In this document: positions 1 to 9,437 of the stretch, piece after piece | Layout: each line of letters opens with the position of its first letter | Numbering within the stretch: position 1 is the stretch's first letter | Position numbers and translations under genes: made by a program | Notes under the pieces: generated by a model | What the model was told of the DNA's origin: nothing | Seen by the model: the letters and a program-made list of their open reading frames with translations, nothing else | Databases searched by the model: none | Assembly (NCBI GenBank): GCA_013360215.1 | Contig: JABWCP010000016.1 | Location: forward strand, 1 to 64,000 | Reading direction: 5' to 3' | Length of the DNA: 64,000 nt | Origin: a bacterium | GTDB lineage: Bacteria; CLD3; SB21

Positions 1-318
1 ATCACGCACTTGCGCCAATACGTTATTGGAAAATTTTACGAAATCATCATTTTTAGCGACGAAATCCGTTTCGCAGTTAATCTCTACCATGACCGCAAAA
101 TTGCGCGCATCGTTGACCGATGAAAGTACGGTACCTTCATTGGCAACACGGCTTTGTTTTTCGGCTGATTTTTTGAGACCGCGTTCACGGAGAATTTCTA
201 CCGCTTTGGCGGCATCCCCGCCGGCTTCAGTGAGTGCTTTTTTGCACTCCATCATACCCGCGCCGGTTTCTTCGCGTAATTTCATTACGGCCGAAGCACT
301 AATTTCTACAGCTGACAT
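1..318 (-). CDS. tsf: Translation elongation factor Ts (N-terminal part, runs off window)
   Basis: Missing from the ORF track. Manual translation of the minus strand from ATG at 318 gives MSAVEISASAVMKLREETGAGMMECKKAL...EINCETDFVAKN, the EF-Ts signatures. Lies directly downstream of rpsB. Confidence 0.97.
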   Translation of the reverse strand, partial: MSAVEISASAVMKLREETGAGMMECKKALTEAGGDAAKAVEILRERGLKKSAEKQSRVANEGTVLSSVNDARNFAVMVEINCETDFVAKNDDFVKFSNNVLAQVRD

Positions 319-368
319 ATTTTTATAAAACTCCTGTTCCGAGGTTTGTAAAATTCCGGTGCACGGAA

Positions 369-1211
369 TTAATCTTCTTTTTTCACTTCTTTTTTACCGA
401 GACGCTTTTTGTTGAAATTCGTCTCTTCATACTTCATACGGGTTTCATCTTTGACCCGTTCTTCATCCACTTCGGCGATTTCTTTTTCTTTAGCAGCAGC
501 TACGGCGTGTTGGTTGGCTTCCGCAACGGCATCGGCTATAGTTTTGGTGATCGCTTCGATGGATTTGGTCGCGTCATCGTTACCTGGAATTACGTGCTGA
601 ACTGTATCCGGATCGCAATTGGTATCCACGATAGCAAATACGGGAATTCCGAGCACATTGGCTTCTTTGACGGCGATGTGTTCTTTTTTAACATCCACGA
701 CAAATACCGCACCCGGTAATTGTTTCATATCTTCGATACCGCCGAGCACAATCTTAAGTTTGGCTTTTTCGCGCTCCAACATGAGGCGTTCTTTTTTAGT
801 AATCTTTTCAAACGTACCGTCAATTTCTTTTTTCTCGATATTCTTCATGTGCTTGATGCTTTTACGAATTGTCGAGAAATTGGTGAGCATACCGCCCAAC
901 CAGCGTTCCGTCACAAAGAAGGAATTGGCGCGTTTGGCTTCATTTTGAACGATTTCTTTAGCTTGTTTTTTGGTTCCGACAAAAAGAACACGTTCACCGT
1001 TGGCAACAATTTTTGCCAGCGCTTTGCAAGCACCTTCCAGTGAATGGACCGTTTTACGCAAATCCAAAATGTGAATACCGTTCTTTTCCATGAAAATATA
1101 CGGCTTCATTTTGGGATTCCAACGGCGGGTCAAGTGACCAAAGTGTACGCCGGCCGCTAAAAGTTCTTCCGTTTTCTTTTTGGGATCAAATGAGACTTGG
1201 ACTTCAGACAT
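369..1211 (-). CDS. rpsB: 30S ribosomal protein S2
   Basis: [22 protein letters not shown] and DTNCDPD..IPGNDD motifs; AAGGAG SD upstream. Confidence 0.99.
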   Translation of the reverse strand: MSEVQVSFDPKKKTEELLAAGVHFGHLTRRWNPKMKPYIFMEKNGIHILDLRKTVHSLEGACKALAKIVANGERVLFVGTKKQAKEIVQNEAKRANSFFVTERWLGGMLTNFSTIRKSIKHMKNIEKKEIDGTFEKITKKERLMLEREKAKLKIVLGGIEDMKQLPGAVFVVDVKKEHIAVKEANVLGIPVFAIVDTNCDPDTVQHVIPGNDDATKSIEAITKTIADAVAEANQHAVAAAKEKEIAEVDEERVKDETRMKYEETNFNKKRLGKKEVKKED

Positions 1212-1224
1212 GAGAAACTCCTTA

Positions 1225-1312
1225 CAGGGTTAAACGACCACTTTCGTCGCTTTTGAGCGAAACTCCGCCGGTAGCAGCGGGGCACCCTCGTTCAAATCAG
1301 AAAGTGTGATTG
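1225..1312 (-). promoter_or_regulatory. rpsB (S2) leader RNA, putative autoregulatory element
   Basis: Minus strand reads CACACUUUC...GAGGGUGCCCCGC...GAAAGUGG...UAACCC: an outer stem CACUUUC/GAAAGUG, a GGGU motif and a downstream AACCC, matching the architecture of known S2 leaders. Confidence 0.7.
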
Positions 1313-1361
1313 TTTGAAAATACGCACTGCATGATTCATTCAGTGCTTTGTTTAAAAATAT

Positions 1362-1399
1362 AAAAGAAGTCGGTCACACACATAGCGCGTATGACCGAC
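1362..1399 (-). terminator. Intrinsic terminator/attenuator after rpsI
   Basis: GTCGGTCA...TGACCGAC stem followed by UUCUUUU on the minus strand. Confidence 0.7.
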
Positions 1400-1420
1400 A
1401 CCACTTTTTCGATTAACGAA

Positions 1421-1810
1421 TTAACGTTTGCTGAACTGGTAACGCTTACGAGCCTTAGCCAAACCGTATTTACGACGTTCTTTCATACGGGGATCGCGGC
1501 TCATCGCACCGATGGGTTTCAGAGCTTTTTTCATCTCTTCATCGATTTTTACGAGGGCACGCGCGATACCAAGACGAATCGCGCCGGCTTGACCACTCGG
1601 TCCGCCGCCACGGGTCAAAGCAATCACATCATATTTGGAACCGGCTTCGACTACCGTCAAAGGTTCGGTCACGTGAATCTGATGCGATCCGCGGGGAAAA
1701 TAATCTTTGATGTCGCGATGGTTGATCGTCACCTTGCCGTTGCCGGGTACGAGGCGAACTCGTGCGGTCGCGGTCTTGCGGCGGCCAACAGCTGCTAATG
1801 GTGCGCTCAT
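1421..1810 (-). CDS. rpsI: 30S ribosomal protein S9
   Basis: VGRRKTATARV, GGGPSGQAGAIRLGIARAL and ERRKYGLAKARKRYQFSKR motifs; ATG at 1810 preceded by AGGAG. Confidence 0.99.
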   Translation of the reverse strand: MSAPLAAVGRRKTATARVRLVPGNGKVTINHRDIKDYFPRGSHQIHVTEPLTVVEAGSKYDVIALTRGGGPSGQAGAIRLGIARALVKIDEEMKKALKPIGAMSRDPRMKERRKYGLAKARKRYQFSKR

Positions 1811-1829
1811 GGTCACTCCTGTTTATAAA

Positions 1830-2270
1830 TTAAAATTTTAACGTTTCAGGATTCTGAGCTGAATGCGGATGTTTTTCGCCCGCATAAATTTTCAGCTTCT
1901 TTATCATTTTAGCGCCGAGCGTGTTTTTGGGCAGCATGCCATGCACGGCCAAATACACAACGCGTTCCGGTTTGGTGCGAATCATATCTTCAAACTTAGT
2001 GATTCGTTGTCCGCCGGGATACATCGTATTATGAATGTATTCTTTGATTTTTGTTTTTTTGCCGGTCAAGCGAACTTTGTCCGCATTCACTACGACCACA
2101 AAATCTCCGCAATCCATATGCGGCGCATAATACGCTTTGTTTTTGCCTTTGAGAATTGACGCTACACGGCTGGCAAAGCGACCCAGTGTTTGGTCAGCAG
2201 CATCCACGACGAACCACTTCTGTTTGATTTGGTCGGCCTTGGGCATCAATGTCTTGTTCGAAACTTTCAC
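1830..2270 (-). CDS. rplM: 50S ribosomal protein L13
   Basis: WFVVDA..LGR, YAPHMDCGDFVVVVNA, GMLPK and HPHSAQ motifs; GTG start with AAGGAG. Confidence 0.99.
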   Translation of the reverse strand: MKVSNKTLMPKADQIKQKWFVVDAADQTLGRFASRVASILKGKNKAYYAPHMDCGDFVVVVNADKVRLTGKKTKIKEYIHNTMYPGGQRITKFEDMIRTKPERVVYLAVHGMLPKNTLGAKMIKKLKIYAGEKHPHSAQNPETLKF

Positions 2271-2333
2271 GGTATAAACTCCTTAGAGCCTAAATGTATA
2301 AAAATATTATAACTTACGCATTTTAGGGGACGC

Positions 2334-2362
2334 AATATAATAAACGACCTAAGACAATGCAA
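2334..2362 (-). promoter_or_regulatory. Sigma70-type promoter of rplM operon
   Basis: TTGCAT-17 nt-TATATT on the minus strand. Confidence 0.65.
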
Positions 2363-2490
2363 GAAGTTTTTAATAAAAAAGTAATTGATTATTATTCATG
2401 CGATAAAGACCGTTTTTGTCATTCGCATCCTTTGCTCTAAACCCCTTTTAAACAACGATCTATCAGCCGATTTTTTAATGCCGTATTTGT

Positions 2491-3570
2491 TCAATCATAC
2501 ATTCGAACATTCTTTTCTAAAAAACTGCGCATTGTTTCAGCGGAACGGTTATCATGCACGGCAAACTGTTCCAGTTCGGTTGTATCATTTTTCAAGTAAC
2601 CACCCGGTTGTGTTTTAGAGCCGACACTGATCGAGGTTACGCCAAGCTTCAATGTGCGATTGCGAAAATCGGGTGATTCGCGCGTCGACATCGCTATATC
2701 CCAATCCGGATTGATCCATCGAAATACCGCAATCAAATAATGCAAATCACTCTCAAATACATCGGAGGCTTTATTTTGCACACCGACAGCAGGTCGAATA
2801 CGCGGAAATGAAATAGTGATTTGCAACTTGGGATACGCTTCTTTGAGATACGCCGCATGCATGGCTAAAAAAAACGCATCCACACGCCAGTTCTCAAGCC
2901 CGAGCAAAACACCTAATCCGATTTTCGAAATCCCCGACATCGCAATGCGATCCGGTGTTTCAAGCCGATGGCAGAAATGCGACTTCATTCCGCGCGGATG
3001 ATATAGACGGTAGTTAGTCTCATGATACGTTTCTTGATATATATAAACCCCTTCACACCCGGCTTCGCGGAGTAAAGCGTAGTCATCCGTATTCAACGGT
3101 TGTACCTCGATCCGTACATGGTCAAATAATGTTTTGGCTATACGCACAGCCTCCGCAATATAGGTTACGCCTGCAAATCGACGCTCTTCGCCTGTGACCA
3201 ATAGCACACGACGAACACCCGTCGCCGCTATCGCTTGTAATTCTTTTTCGATCTGTGCTTGATTGAGCACAACGCGTTGAATTTTATTTTCTACACGAAA
3301 TCCACAATACGTACAACTGTTGTGACAATAATTTGACAGATAAAGCGGGGTGTACAAATGAATCGGGCGATGGATTTGCTGTTTAGCTTGTTGAGCTATT
3401 ACATGACGATATGCGTCGGAGGCCGGAGAAAGCAGAGTTATAACGTCTTCGGGAAATTTAATATCAGACGCATCGGCAAGGATATTTTCTACCGATTTTT
3501 TTGTTCGTGTGTCTAAAAGATTCTCTACTACAGGCCAGCGATAAGATTGCCAACGCGAATAAAAAGACAT
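2491..3570 (-). CDS. thiH: 2-iminoacetate synthase (tyrosine lyase) ThiH, radical SAM
   Basis: PLYLSNYCHNSCTYCGF (CxxxCxxC), LLVTGE, EVQPL, YQETY, RLETPDR, SFPRIRP, STRES, SKTQPGGY and LEQF..HD motifs. Start set at ATG 3570, 7 nt after the upstream stop. Confidence 0.9.
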   Translation of the reverse strand: MSFYSRWQSYRWPVVENLLDTRTKKSVENILADASDIKFPEDVITLLSPASDAYRHVIAQQAKQQIHRPIHLYTPLYLSNYCHNSCTYCGFRVENKIQRVVLNQAQIEKELQAIAATGVRRVLLVTGEERRFAGVTYIAEAVRIAKTLFDHVRIEVQPLNTDDYALLREAGCEGVYIYQETYHETNYRLYHPRGMKSHFCHRLETPDRIAMSGISKIGLGVLLGLENWRVDAFFLAMHAAYLKEAYPKLQITISFPRIRPAVGVQNKASDVFESDLHYLIAVFRWINPDWDIAMSTRESPDFRNRTLKLGVTSISVGSKTQPGGYLKNDTTELEQFAVHDNRSAETMRSFLEKNVRMYD

Positions 3571-3577
3571 AGTAAGA

Positions 3578-4294
3578 TTAATGTTTGGAACAACAGGATT
3601 CGCTACTACCGGCAGCCACGGCGTGCATATCCGGACTGATATACGGGATACCAAGAGACAGCCCCCTGAGAATCAATAAAACAGCCACGCCACCTACTAC
3701 GACAGGAATCAATCTAGTGATTTTCTGGCGCGTTGTGGTGGTAATGAATTGACCAAAAATTGCAACAGCGGTCATTGCCGGCAACGTGCCCAATCCGAAT
3801 AATGCCATATACAACGCACCTTCCCACGCATGACCTGTGGCCATAGCACCTCCGAGCGCTATGTAGACCAATCCACACGGTAAAAACCCGTTGAGTAAAC
3901 CCAGTGTGAGGAGTGATGTAGGATTGGGATCACGCAGAACTTGACCAAACCATCTCCGCATCGCTGTCCAACCGCCCTGGAGCGATGAGTCCGGCCATAT
4001 TTTTTGTTTGATCGAATTCGGCAGAAAAAGCGCTAACAAAATGGCCACACCAAGCCCAATAGATAATCCTTGTTGGAGCCCAACGGTCTGCAGCGTCGCA
4101 CCAACTGCCCCTACAACCAAACCCATCATGGCATATGTAAAAGCTCGGCCGCCATTGTACAGCAAAGCTGATCTTACCAGCATAAACCACCGACGATCAC
4201 GTTGTGGTATCGCTAATGCCAATGGACCACACATGCCGATACAGTGGAAACTTCCAAGTACACCCACCAATAATGCTGAGTATATTTCAAACAT
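3578..4294 (-). CDS. DsbD_2 / sulfite-exporter TauE/SafE-like membrane protein, cbb3 maturation
   Basis: GSFHCIGMCGP and GLLNGFLPCGLVY..FGLGTLP motifs; usual member of cco operons. Confidence 0.9.
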   Translation of the reverse strand: MFEIYSALLVGVLGSFHCIGMCGPLALAIPQRDRRWFMLVRSALLYNGGRAFTYAMMGLVVGAVGATLQTVGLQQGLSIGLGVAILLALFLPNSIKQKIWPDSSLQGGWTAMRRWFGQVLRDPNPTSLLTLGLLNGFLPCGLVYIALGGAMATGHAWEGALYMALFGLGTLPAMTAVAIFGQFITTTTRQKITRLIPVVVGGVAVLLILRGLSLGIPYISPDMHAVAAGSSESCCSKH

Positions 4295-4312
4295 AATAAG
4301 CGACTCGCCGAT

Positions 4313-4759
4313 TTATTCGATGTAAATTACATCTTCAAGATAATAATCATTATTTTCCGATTTCCATTCTAGCTTTGCACGCCACATCCCGGGTAATGCT
4401 TTTTGTAAATCTATCGCTTGCGATCGTAGGCTGTCAAGCTTCAAAGGTACGACGATATCCCGATCGGCATCCGATGCACGATACAAGGTCAGTGTGCCGC
4501 CTGTGATTTGTGAGATTGGCTCAGGAAAAACTACTGTCATCGCACGCTCGGAAATATTCCATGTCGGTTTTTGTTCCAACTTCTTCGTACGTTTGATCGC
4601 TTGAATTCGCTTTTCATAAGCAATCTCATTGTCGTAATAGTTGGTACTTACTAAATCCTCACGACTCATGGAGGAAACAAATACCATTCCAAGAATGAGA
4701 AGCGCAAAACCAACATAGAGCACAGTGATTCGGAATCCCCAGTTTTTAAATAATGACAT
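4313..4759 (-). CDS. ccoH: FixH/CcoH family protein
   Basis: N-terminal TM, DLV..NYY..EI.Y, LYRASD..D and G.WRAKLEW motifs; position after ccoG. Confidence 0.85.
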   Translation of the reverse strand: MSLFKNWGFRITVLYVGFALLILGMVFVSSMSREDLVSTNYYDNEIAYEKRIQAIKRTKKLEQKPTWNISERAMTVVFPEPISQITGGTLTLYRASDADRDIVVPLKLDSLRSQAIDLQKALPGMWRAKLEWKSENNDYYLEDVIYIE

Positions 4760-4770
4760 ACCTCTTCCTT

Positions 4771-6201
4771 TCACTGCATTGGTGACACAAACGAAGTTTC
4801 TTCGGTTGAAACTTTCATTCCGTCTTTATATACACCTATTTTAATTCTAGTATTCATCGTACGGATTGACTTACGCGGAATATCTACTAAAAACGTAGAC
4901 TCTACCAATTCGTCCGGATGCAACCGCAATTCATGGGTACCGATCAGTGCAATATTACCTTCCACACCTTCAAGTTTAAACTCAATTTGCATCGCATCAA
5001 ATGTCTTATTGAGCACTTTGGCTGTATACACATTCCGTATATCACCATTCTCCATAAGTTGGAAGATCGGTCCTTTCGCGCGTAAAATCGTTGTTTGAAT
5101 ATCTTTACGTTTGAAAAGGAAAACAGACGTCACTGTAATCAATACAGTGAGGACCGCCGAATACAAAACAATACGCGGCGTAATTTTGAAAGGTAATTTT
5201 TGCGAAATAAGATTATATGAGCCGTAGCGGATGAGGTTTTTAGGCCGCTTGATTTTTTCCATGACGGAGTCGCAAGCATCCATACATGCCGTACAGTTAA
5301 CGCATTCCATCTGTGTGCCATTACGAATATCAATTCCTGTCGGGCATACCTGTACGCATAATTTACAATCAATACAGTCACCCAAGTTTTCACCATCGGT
5401 ATTCCCTTTTTTTAGTTTTCCTCGGGGTTCACCACGCTGAAAATCATACATGACACCGATGGAATTTTTATCCAGTAATACGGACTGCAGGCGGCCATAG
5501 GGACAAACATAGATGCAAGCTTGTTCGCGAAAACGGGAAAAGATACCATAGAATATCAGACTAAAAATCGTCATCGCCGTAAAACCGTTGACGTGCATCC
5601 CGATCGGATCGTTGATGATTTTGAATAACTCATCAACACCGATAATATACGCGAGCAAGGTGTTACCGATAACCCACGAAATCGCAAAAAAGATAATATG
5701 CTTAAATGTTTTCTTGAGGATTTTGTCGGCATTCCATGGCGCTTGATCCAATGCGTATTGTTTGGGTCCGTCACCTTCAATCCAGAATTCGATTTTTCTA
5801 AAAACCATTTCCATAAAAATCGTTTGGGGACATGCCCAACCGCACCAAATACGCCCAAATACGGCAGTAAAAAGGACGATAAATATGACGATGGAAAGAA
5901 ACGTGAGCGCAAAAAGATAAAAATCTTGCGGCCAAAAGGCTAAACCAAATAGTATGAATTTTCGCTCCAGTATATTGAGCATGATAAAAGGATGGCCATC
6001 TACTTTGATAAACGGTACGCCAAAAAGCACGACGAGTAGAATGATCGAAACGATCACTCGCCAATGATGAAATGCTCCGGCGACAAGCTTTGGGTAAATC
6101 CAAATACGTGCACCTTTTTTATCAATAATTCCTATACGGTCTCGATACGTTTCACCGTCCGCATTCTTAATCTGCGCTAATTCCTCTTTTATCTCAGCCA
6201 T
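4771..6201 (-). CDS. ccoG: Cytochrome c oxidase accessory protein CcoG (4Fe-4S, cupric reductase)
   Basis: GRIWCGWACPQT, CPYGRLQ, CIDCKLCVQVCPTGIDIR and ECVNCTACMDAC motifs. Confidence 0.97.
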   Translation of the reverse strand: MAEIKEELAQIKNADGETYRDRIGIIDKKGARIWIYPKLVAGAFHHWRVIVSIILLVVLFGVPFIKVDGHPFIMLNILERKFILFGLAFWPQDFYLFALTFLSIVIFIVLFTAVFGRIWCGWACPQTIFMEMVFRKIEFWIEGDGPKQYALDQAPWNADKILKKTFKHIIFFAISWVIGNTLLAYIIGVDELFKIINDPIGMHVNGFTAMTIFSLIFYGIFSRFREQACIYVCPYGRLQSVLLDKNSIGVMYDFQRGEPRGKLKKGNTDGENLGDCIDCKLCVQVCPTGIDIRNGTQMECVNCTACMDACDSVMEKIKRPKNLIRYGSYNLISQKLPFKITPRIVLYSAVLTVLITVTSVFLFKRKDIQTTILRAKGPIFQLMENGDIRNVYTAKVLNKTFDAMQIEFKLEGVEGNIALIGTHELRLHPDELVESTFLVDIPRKSIRTMNTRIKIGVYKDGMKVSTEETSFVSPMQ

Positions 6202-6225
6202 AATACCGCGTAATCAACTTTCTTT

Positions 6226-6891
6226 TTATTGTTTGACCAGATCACCTTGCGGCGCTTTAGCATTCGGTGGATTGGTACCCCGTAGTGTTAGAATATAACT
6301 GGAAACCAAAAGCACATTTTTTTCACCGAGTTGTTTCCAAGAAATCATTCCTTTTTCGGGAACACCTTTCCAAGCCGTTCGCACGACATTATTGATACCC
6401 GCGCCGTGAATCCAATAATCGTCCGTCAGATTAGGCCCGATACCACCTTCGCCCAGTTTACCGTGACAAGGTACACAGTTAACGGTGAAAATCTCTTTGC
6501 CTTTACCGAGGCTTGCGGCATCGGTTAGAGCCGTAAACTCTTTAGTAAGTTCTTCTTCTTTCGGTTTTTCGGCGGCCGGCATAAAGGCTACAACGCCTTT
6601 ATTGGTCGGGTCGGTTGGCTTATAATAATACGGGCCTTTGTAACCGGTACCAAGCACATCAGCTTTTTGATAATTAGGATCCATTTCTTTGGTCCATGTA
6701 TTATCAAATTCTTTTTTGTATTCATCCACCGAGCGATCGCCTATTTCCAAAACATGATAAAATATCAAGTAGATGACAGCCCAAACGATCGTGATGTAAA
6801 ACATATTGACCCACCAGGGCGGGAGTGGATTATCGTATTCGCGAATGCCGTCATAATCATGATCAAGCAATTCATCTTTGACTTCAGCCAT
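6226..6891 (-). CDS. ccoP: cbb3-type cytochrome c oxidase subunit III (monoheme CcoP)
   Basis: HDYDGIREYDNPLPPWW, a single CVPCH and GPNLTDDYWIHG; ATG 6891 with GGAGGA SD. Confidence 0.95.
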   Translation of the reverse strand: MAEVKDELLDHDYDGIREYDNPLPPWWVNMFYITIVWAVIYLIFYHVLEIGDRSVDEYKKEFDNTWTKEMDPNYQKADVLGTGYKGPYYYKPTDPTNKGVVAFMPAAEKPKEEELTKEFTALTDAASLGKGKEIFTVNCVPCHGKLGEGGIGPNLTDDYWIHGAGINNVVRTAWKGVPEKGMISWKQLGEKNVLLVSSYILTLRGTNPPNAKAPQGDLVKQ

Positions 6892-6892
6892 A

Positions 6893-7096
6893 TTATTTTC
6901 CTCCGTGTTTGTATCCGTTGTTTGATACAGCGATTTCTTCGCCATCGAGCGGCATCGTTTCCATATGGTGCAGATGCCGCTTATCTATACGCACAAGCCA
7001 CGCGATCAGACCCACAAAAAAAACGAAGAAGATCACGAGCGCTATGGTCGGCCATATTTCCAGACCGCCTGCGTTTTCCAAAATGCGACGTAACAT
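6893..7096 (-). CDS. ccoQ: cbb3-type oxidase subunit CcoQ
   Basis: 67 aa with a single TM and an MPLD motif, between ccoNO and ccoP. Confidence 0.88.
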   Translation of the reverse strand: MLRRILENAGGLEIWPTIALVIFFVFFVGLIAWLVRIDKRHLHHMETMPLDGEEIAVSNNGYKHGGK

Positions 7097-9249
7097 TATT
7101 GTTTCACCTTGATATCGGTTCCCAATCGTTGCAAATACGCGATCAAGGCAACGATTTCTTTATCCGGTGTCGTGGGAAATCCGTTTTGTGTCAAGTCGCC
7201 TGCAACAGCCGTTGCTTGCGCTCTCAAATCATTATTGGCTACCTTCTCATATCCTTTTTCATACGGCACACCTACGATCTGCATGGCCGAAATTTTCTTT
7301 TCTGTCGTTGATATATCGAGACTATTTTCAAAAAGCCACGGGTAGGCCGGCATGATCGAACCCGGTGAAATAGCTCTGGGATCCATCATGTGACTATAAT
7401 GCCATGAATTCGTGTATTTGCCGCCGACGCGATGCAAATCCGGACCTGTACGTTTTGAGCCCCATTGGAACGGGTGATCATAGACGTATTCGCCGGCTTT
7501 GGAGTATTCGCCATAGCGTTCCGTTTCGGAACGGAAAGGACGCACAAGCTGCGAGTGGCAAGTATAACATCCTTCACGGATATAAATATCACGCCCTTGT
7601 AATTCCAGCGGTGAATAGGGTTTGACACTGGCAATAGTCGGAATATTGGATTCCACTGCAAACGTAGGAACGATTTCCAAAATACCGCCGATAGCAACGG
7701 CGATCAGCGTTAAAACGATAAACGGTAAAGGCTTGCGTTCGATAAGGCGATGATAATACGATTGGCCATGTTGCACATATTCTTTAGTCAATGCCGGCGC
7801 TTCCGCTTTTTCGTCGGCAACAAACTGACCTTGTTTCGCCGTTTTGATGAGATTGTAAACCATGATAAACATGGATGCAAAGAACATCGTACCGCCGATC
7901 GAACGAATCACGTACATCGGGATGATCTGCGTTACCGTTTCAAGAAAATTAAAATATTGTAGTGTACCTTCCGGTGTGAATTGTTTCCACATCAGACCTT
8001 GCGTAATACCGGCCCAATACATCGGTACCGCGTAAAACACTATACCGAGAAATCCTAACCAAAAATGCGCGTTGGCTAATTTTTTAGAGTACAATGTGGT
8101 ATTCCACATTTTGGGTACAAGCCAGTATAAAATACCGAAAGTCAGGAACCCGTTCCATCCGAGTGCGCCGATATGTACGTGCGCGATCGTCCAATCCGTA
8201 AAGTGGCTAAGCGCATTGACATTTTTTATTGAAAGCATCGGACCTTCAAATGTTGCCATACCATAAGCGGTCACAGCAACCACCATAAATTTGATCACCG
8301 GTTCTTCACGTACTTTATCCCAAACGCCACGTAACGTAAGAAGACCATTGATCATACCGCCCCAACTCGGTGCAATGAGCATGATCGAAAAAACAGAACC
8401 CAACGATTGAGCCCAATCCGGAAGCGCACTATAAAGCAAATGGTGCGGGCCTGCCCAGATATATAAAAAGATCAATGCCCAAAAGTGAATGATCGAAAGA
8501 CGATACGAGTACACAGGACGATTAGCCGCCTTGGGCATAAAATAATACATCAATCCGAGATACGGCGTCGTAAGGAAAAACGCTACGGCATTATGGCCGT
8601 ACCACCACTGTACCAGCGCATCCTGCACGCCGGCAAACACCGAATAACTCTTGAACCATCCTGCGGGAATGGCCAGCGAATTGACGACATGCAACATAGT
8701 GACCGTTACCCATGTGGCGATATAAAACCAAATCGCGACATACATGTGGCGTTCGCGGCGCTTGATGATCGTACCGAACATATTGATACCAAATACGATC
8801 CACACGAGTGCAATGGCGATATCGATCGGCCATTCTAATTCTGCATATTCTTTACCGCTGGTAATACCAAGCGGCAAGGTGATTGCGGCCGAAACGATGA
8901 TCAGCTGCCACCCCCAAAAGTGAATATTACTCAACGTATCGCTGAAAAGCCTTGCTTTGCAAAGTCGCTGCAGCGAATAGTAGAGACCCATAAAAATCCC
9001 GTTACCGACAAACGCAAATATAACCGCATTGGTATGCAGCGGCCTGATGCGTCCAAATGTCAACCAAGGGATATTCAGGTTAAGCGCCGGCATATAAAGC
9101 TGGATGGCAATGATCACGCCGACCAGCATACCGACAATACCGAAAATAACAGATGCGATAGCAAACTTCCGCACGATACCATTGTCGTACTCAAATTGTT
9201 CGAGCCGACCTGCCACCTGCGGTTCATGCGCTACGGATGTCTTTTCCAT
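7096..9249 (-). CDS. ccoN: cbb3-type cytochrome c oxidase subunit I/II fusion (CcoN-CcoO)
   Basis: RPLHTNAVIFAF, QWWYGHNAVAF, WAGPHHL and AHVH motifs, then the CcoO part EGCYTCHSQ..WGSKRTGPDL..SIMPAYPWL. Confidence 0.98.
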   Translation of the reverse strand: MEKTSVAHEPQVAGRLEQFEYDNGIVRKFAIASVIFGIVGMLVGVIIAIQLYMPALNLNIPWLTFGRIRPLHTNAVIFAFVGNGIFMGLYYSLQRLCKARLFSDTLSNIHFWGWQLIIVSAAITLPLGITSGKEYAELEWPIDIAIALVWIVFGINMFGTIIKRRERHMYVAIWFYIATWVTVTMLHVVNSLAIPAGWFKSYSVFAGVQDALVQWWYGHNAVAFFLTTPYLGLMYYFMPKAANRPVYSYRLSIIHFWALIFLYIWAGPHHLLYSALPDWAQSLGSVFSIMLIAPSWGGMINGLLTLRGVWDKVREEPVIKFMVVAVTAYGMATFEGPMLSIKNVNALSHFTDWTIAHVHIGALGWNGFLTFGILYWLVPKMWNTTLYSKKLANAHFWLGFLGIVFYAVPMYWAGITQGLMWKQFTPEGTLQYFNFLETVTQIIPMYVIRSIGGTMFFASMFIMVYNLIKTAKQGQFVADEKAEAPALTKEYVQHGQSYYHRLIERKPLPFIVLTLIAVAIGGILEIVPTFAVESNIPTIASVKPYSPLELQGRDIYIREGCYTCHSQLVRPFRSETERYGEYSKAGEYVYDHPFQWGSKRTGPDLHRVGGKYTNSWHYSHMMDPRAISPGSIMPAYPWLFENSLDISTTEKKISAMQIVGVPYEKGYEKVANNDLRAQATAVAGDLTQNGFPTTPDKEIVALIAYLQRLGTDIKVKQ

Positions 9250-9254
9250 GACGT

Positions 9255-9437
9255 TTAATTCTCCGTGGATGATGAAGGGTTTGAGGTTATGTGATTTTGA
9301 TTTTCGTCTAATAGCATGCGCATCGCGGGTGTATGCGTATCTTCATACTGTCCCCTGTTCATGGCCCATAAAAATGCAGCCAAAAAACCAAACGCCAGCA
9401 TCAGGCTGACGGCGATAAGTACAACTAATATGTTCAT
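9255..9437 (-). CDS. ccoS: cbb3-type oxidase maturation protein CcoS
   Basis: MNILVVLIAVSL..FLWAM..GQYED..TPAMRMLLD; ATG overlaps the ccoI stop. Confidence 0.92.
   Translation of the reverse strand: MNILVVLIAVSLMLAFGFLAAFLWAMNRGQYEDTHTPAMRMLLDENQNHITSNPSSSTEN

Noticed and set aside
26-328. 100-aa plus-strand ORF, and the many other antisense ORFs such as 1391-1798, 6667-7311, 23929-24615, 25452-25997 and 55514-56107
   Set aside because: Shadows of well-supported genes on the opposite strand, with no recognisable motifs.
2491-3570. Radical SAM as HydG, BioB, HemN or a RiPP maturase
   Set aside because: Motifs match ThiH; no C-terminal HydG cluster motif, no SPASM domain and no precursor peptide.
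3571-3654. ORF-track N-terminal extension of thiH (also those of ccoP, ccoS, PorV-like, nth, dtd, doxX, wza, lolA)
   Set aside because: They overlap neighbouring genes or terminators, or precede the recognisable domain; downstream starts fit better by SD, signal peptide or homology.
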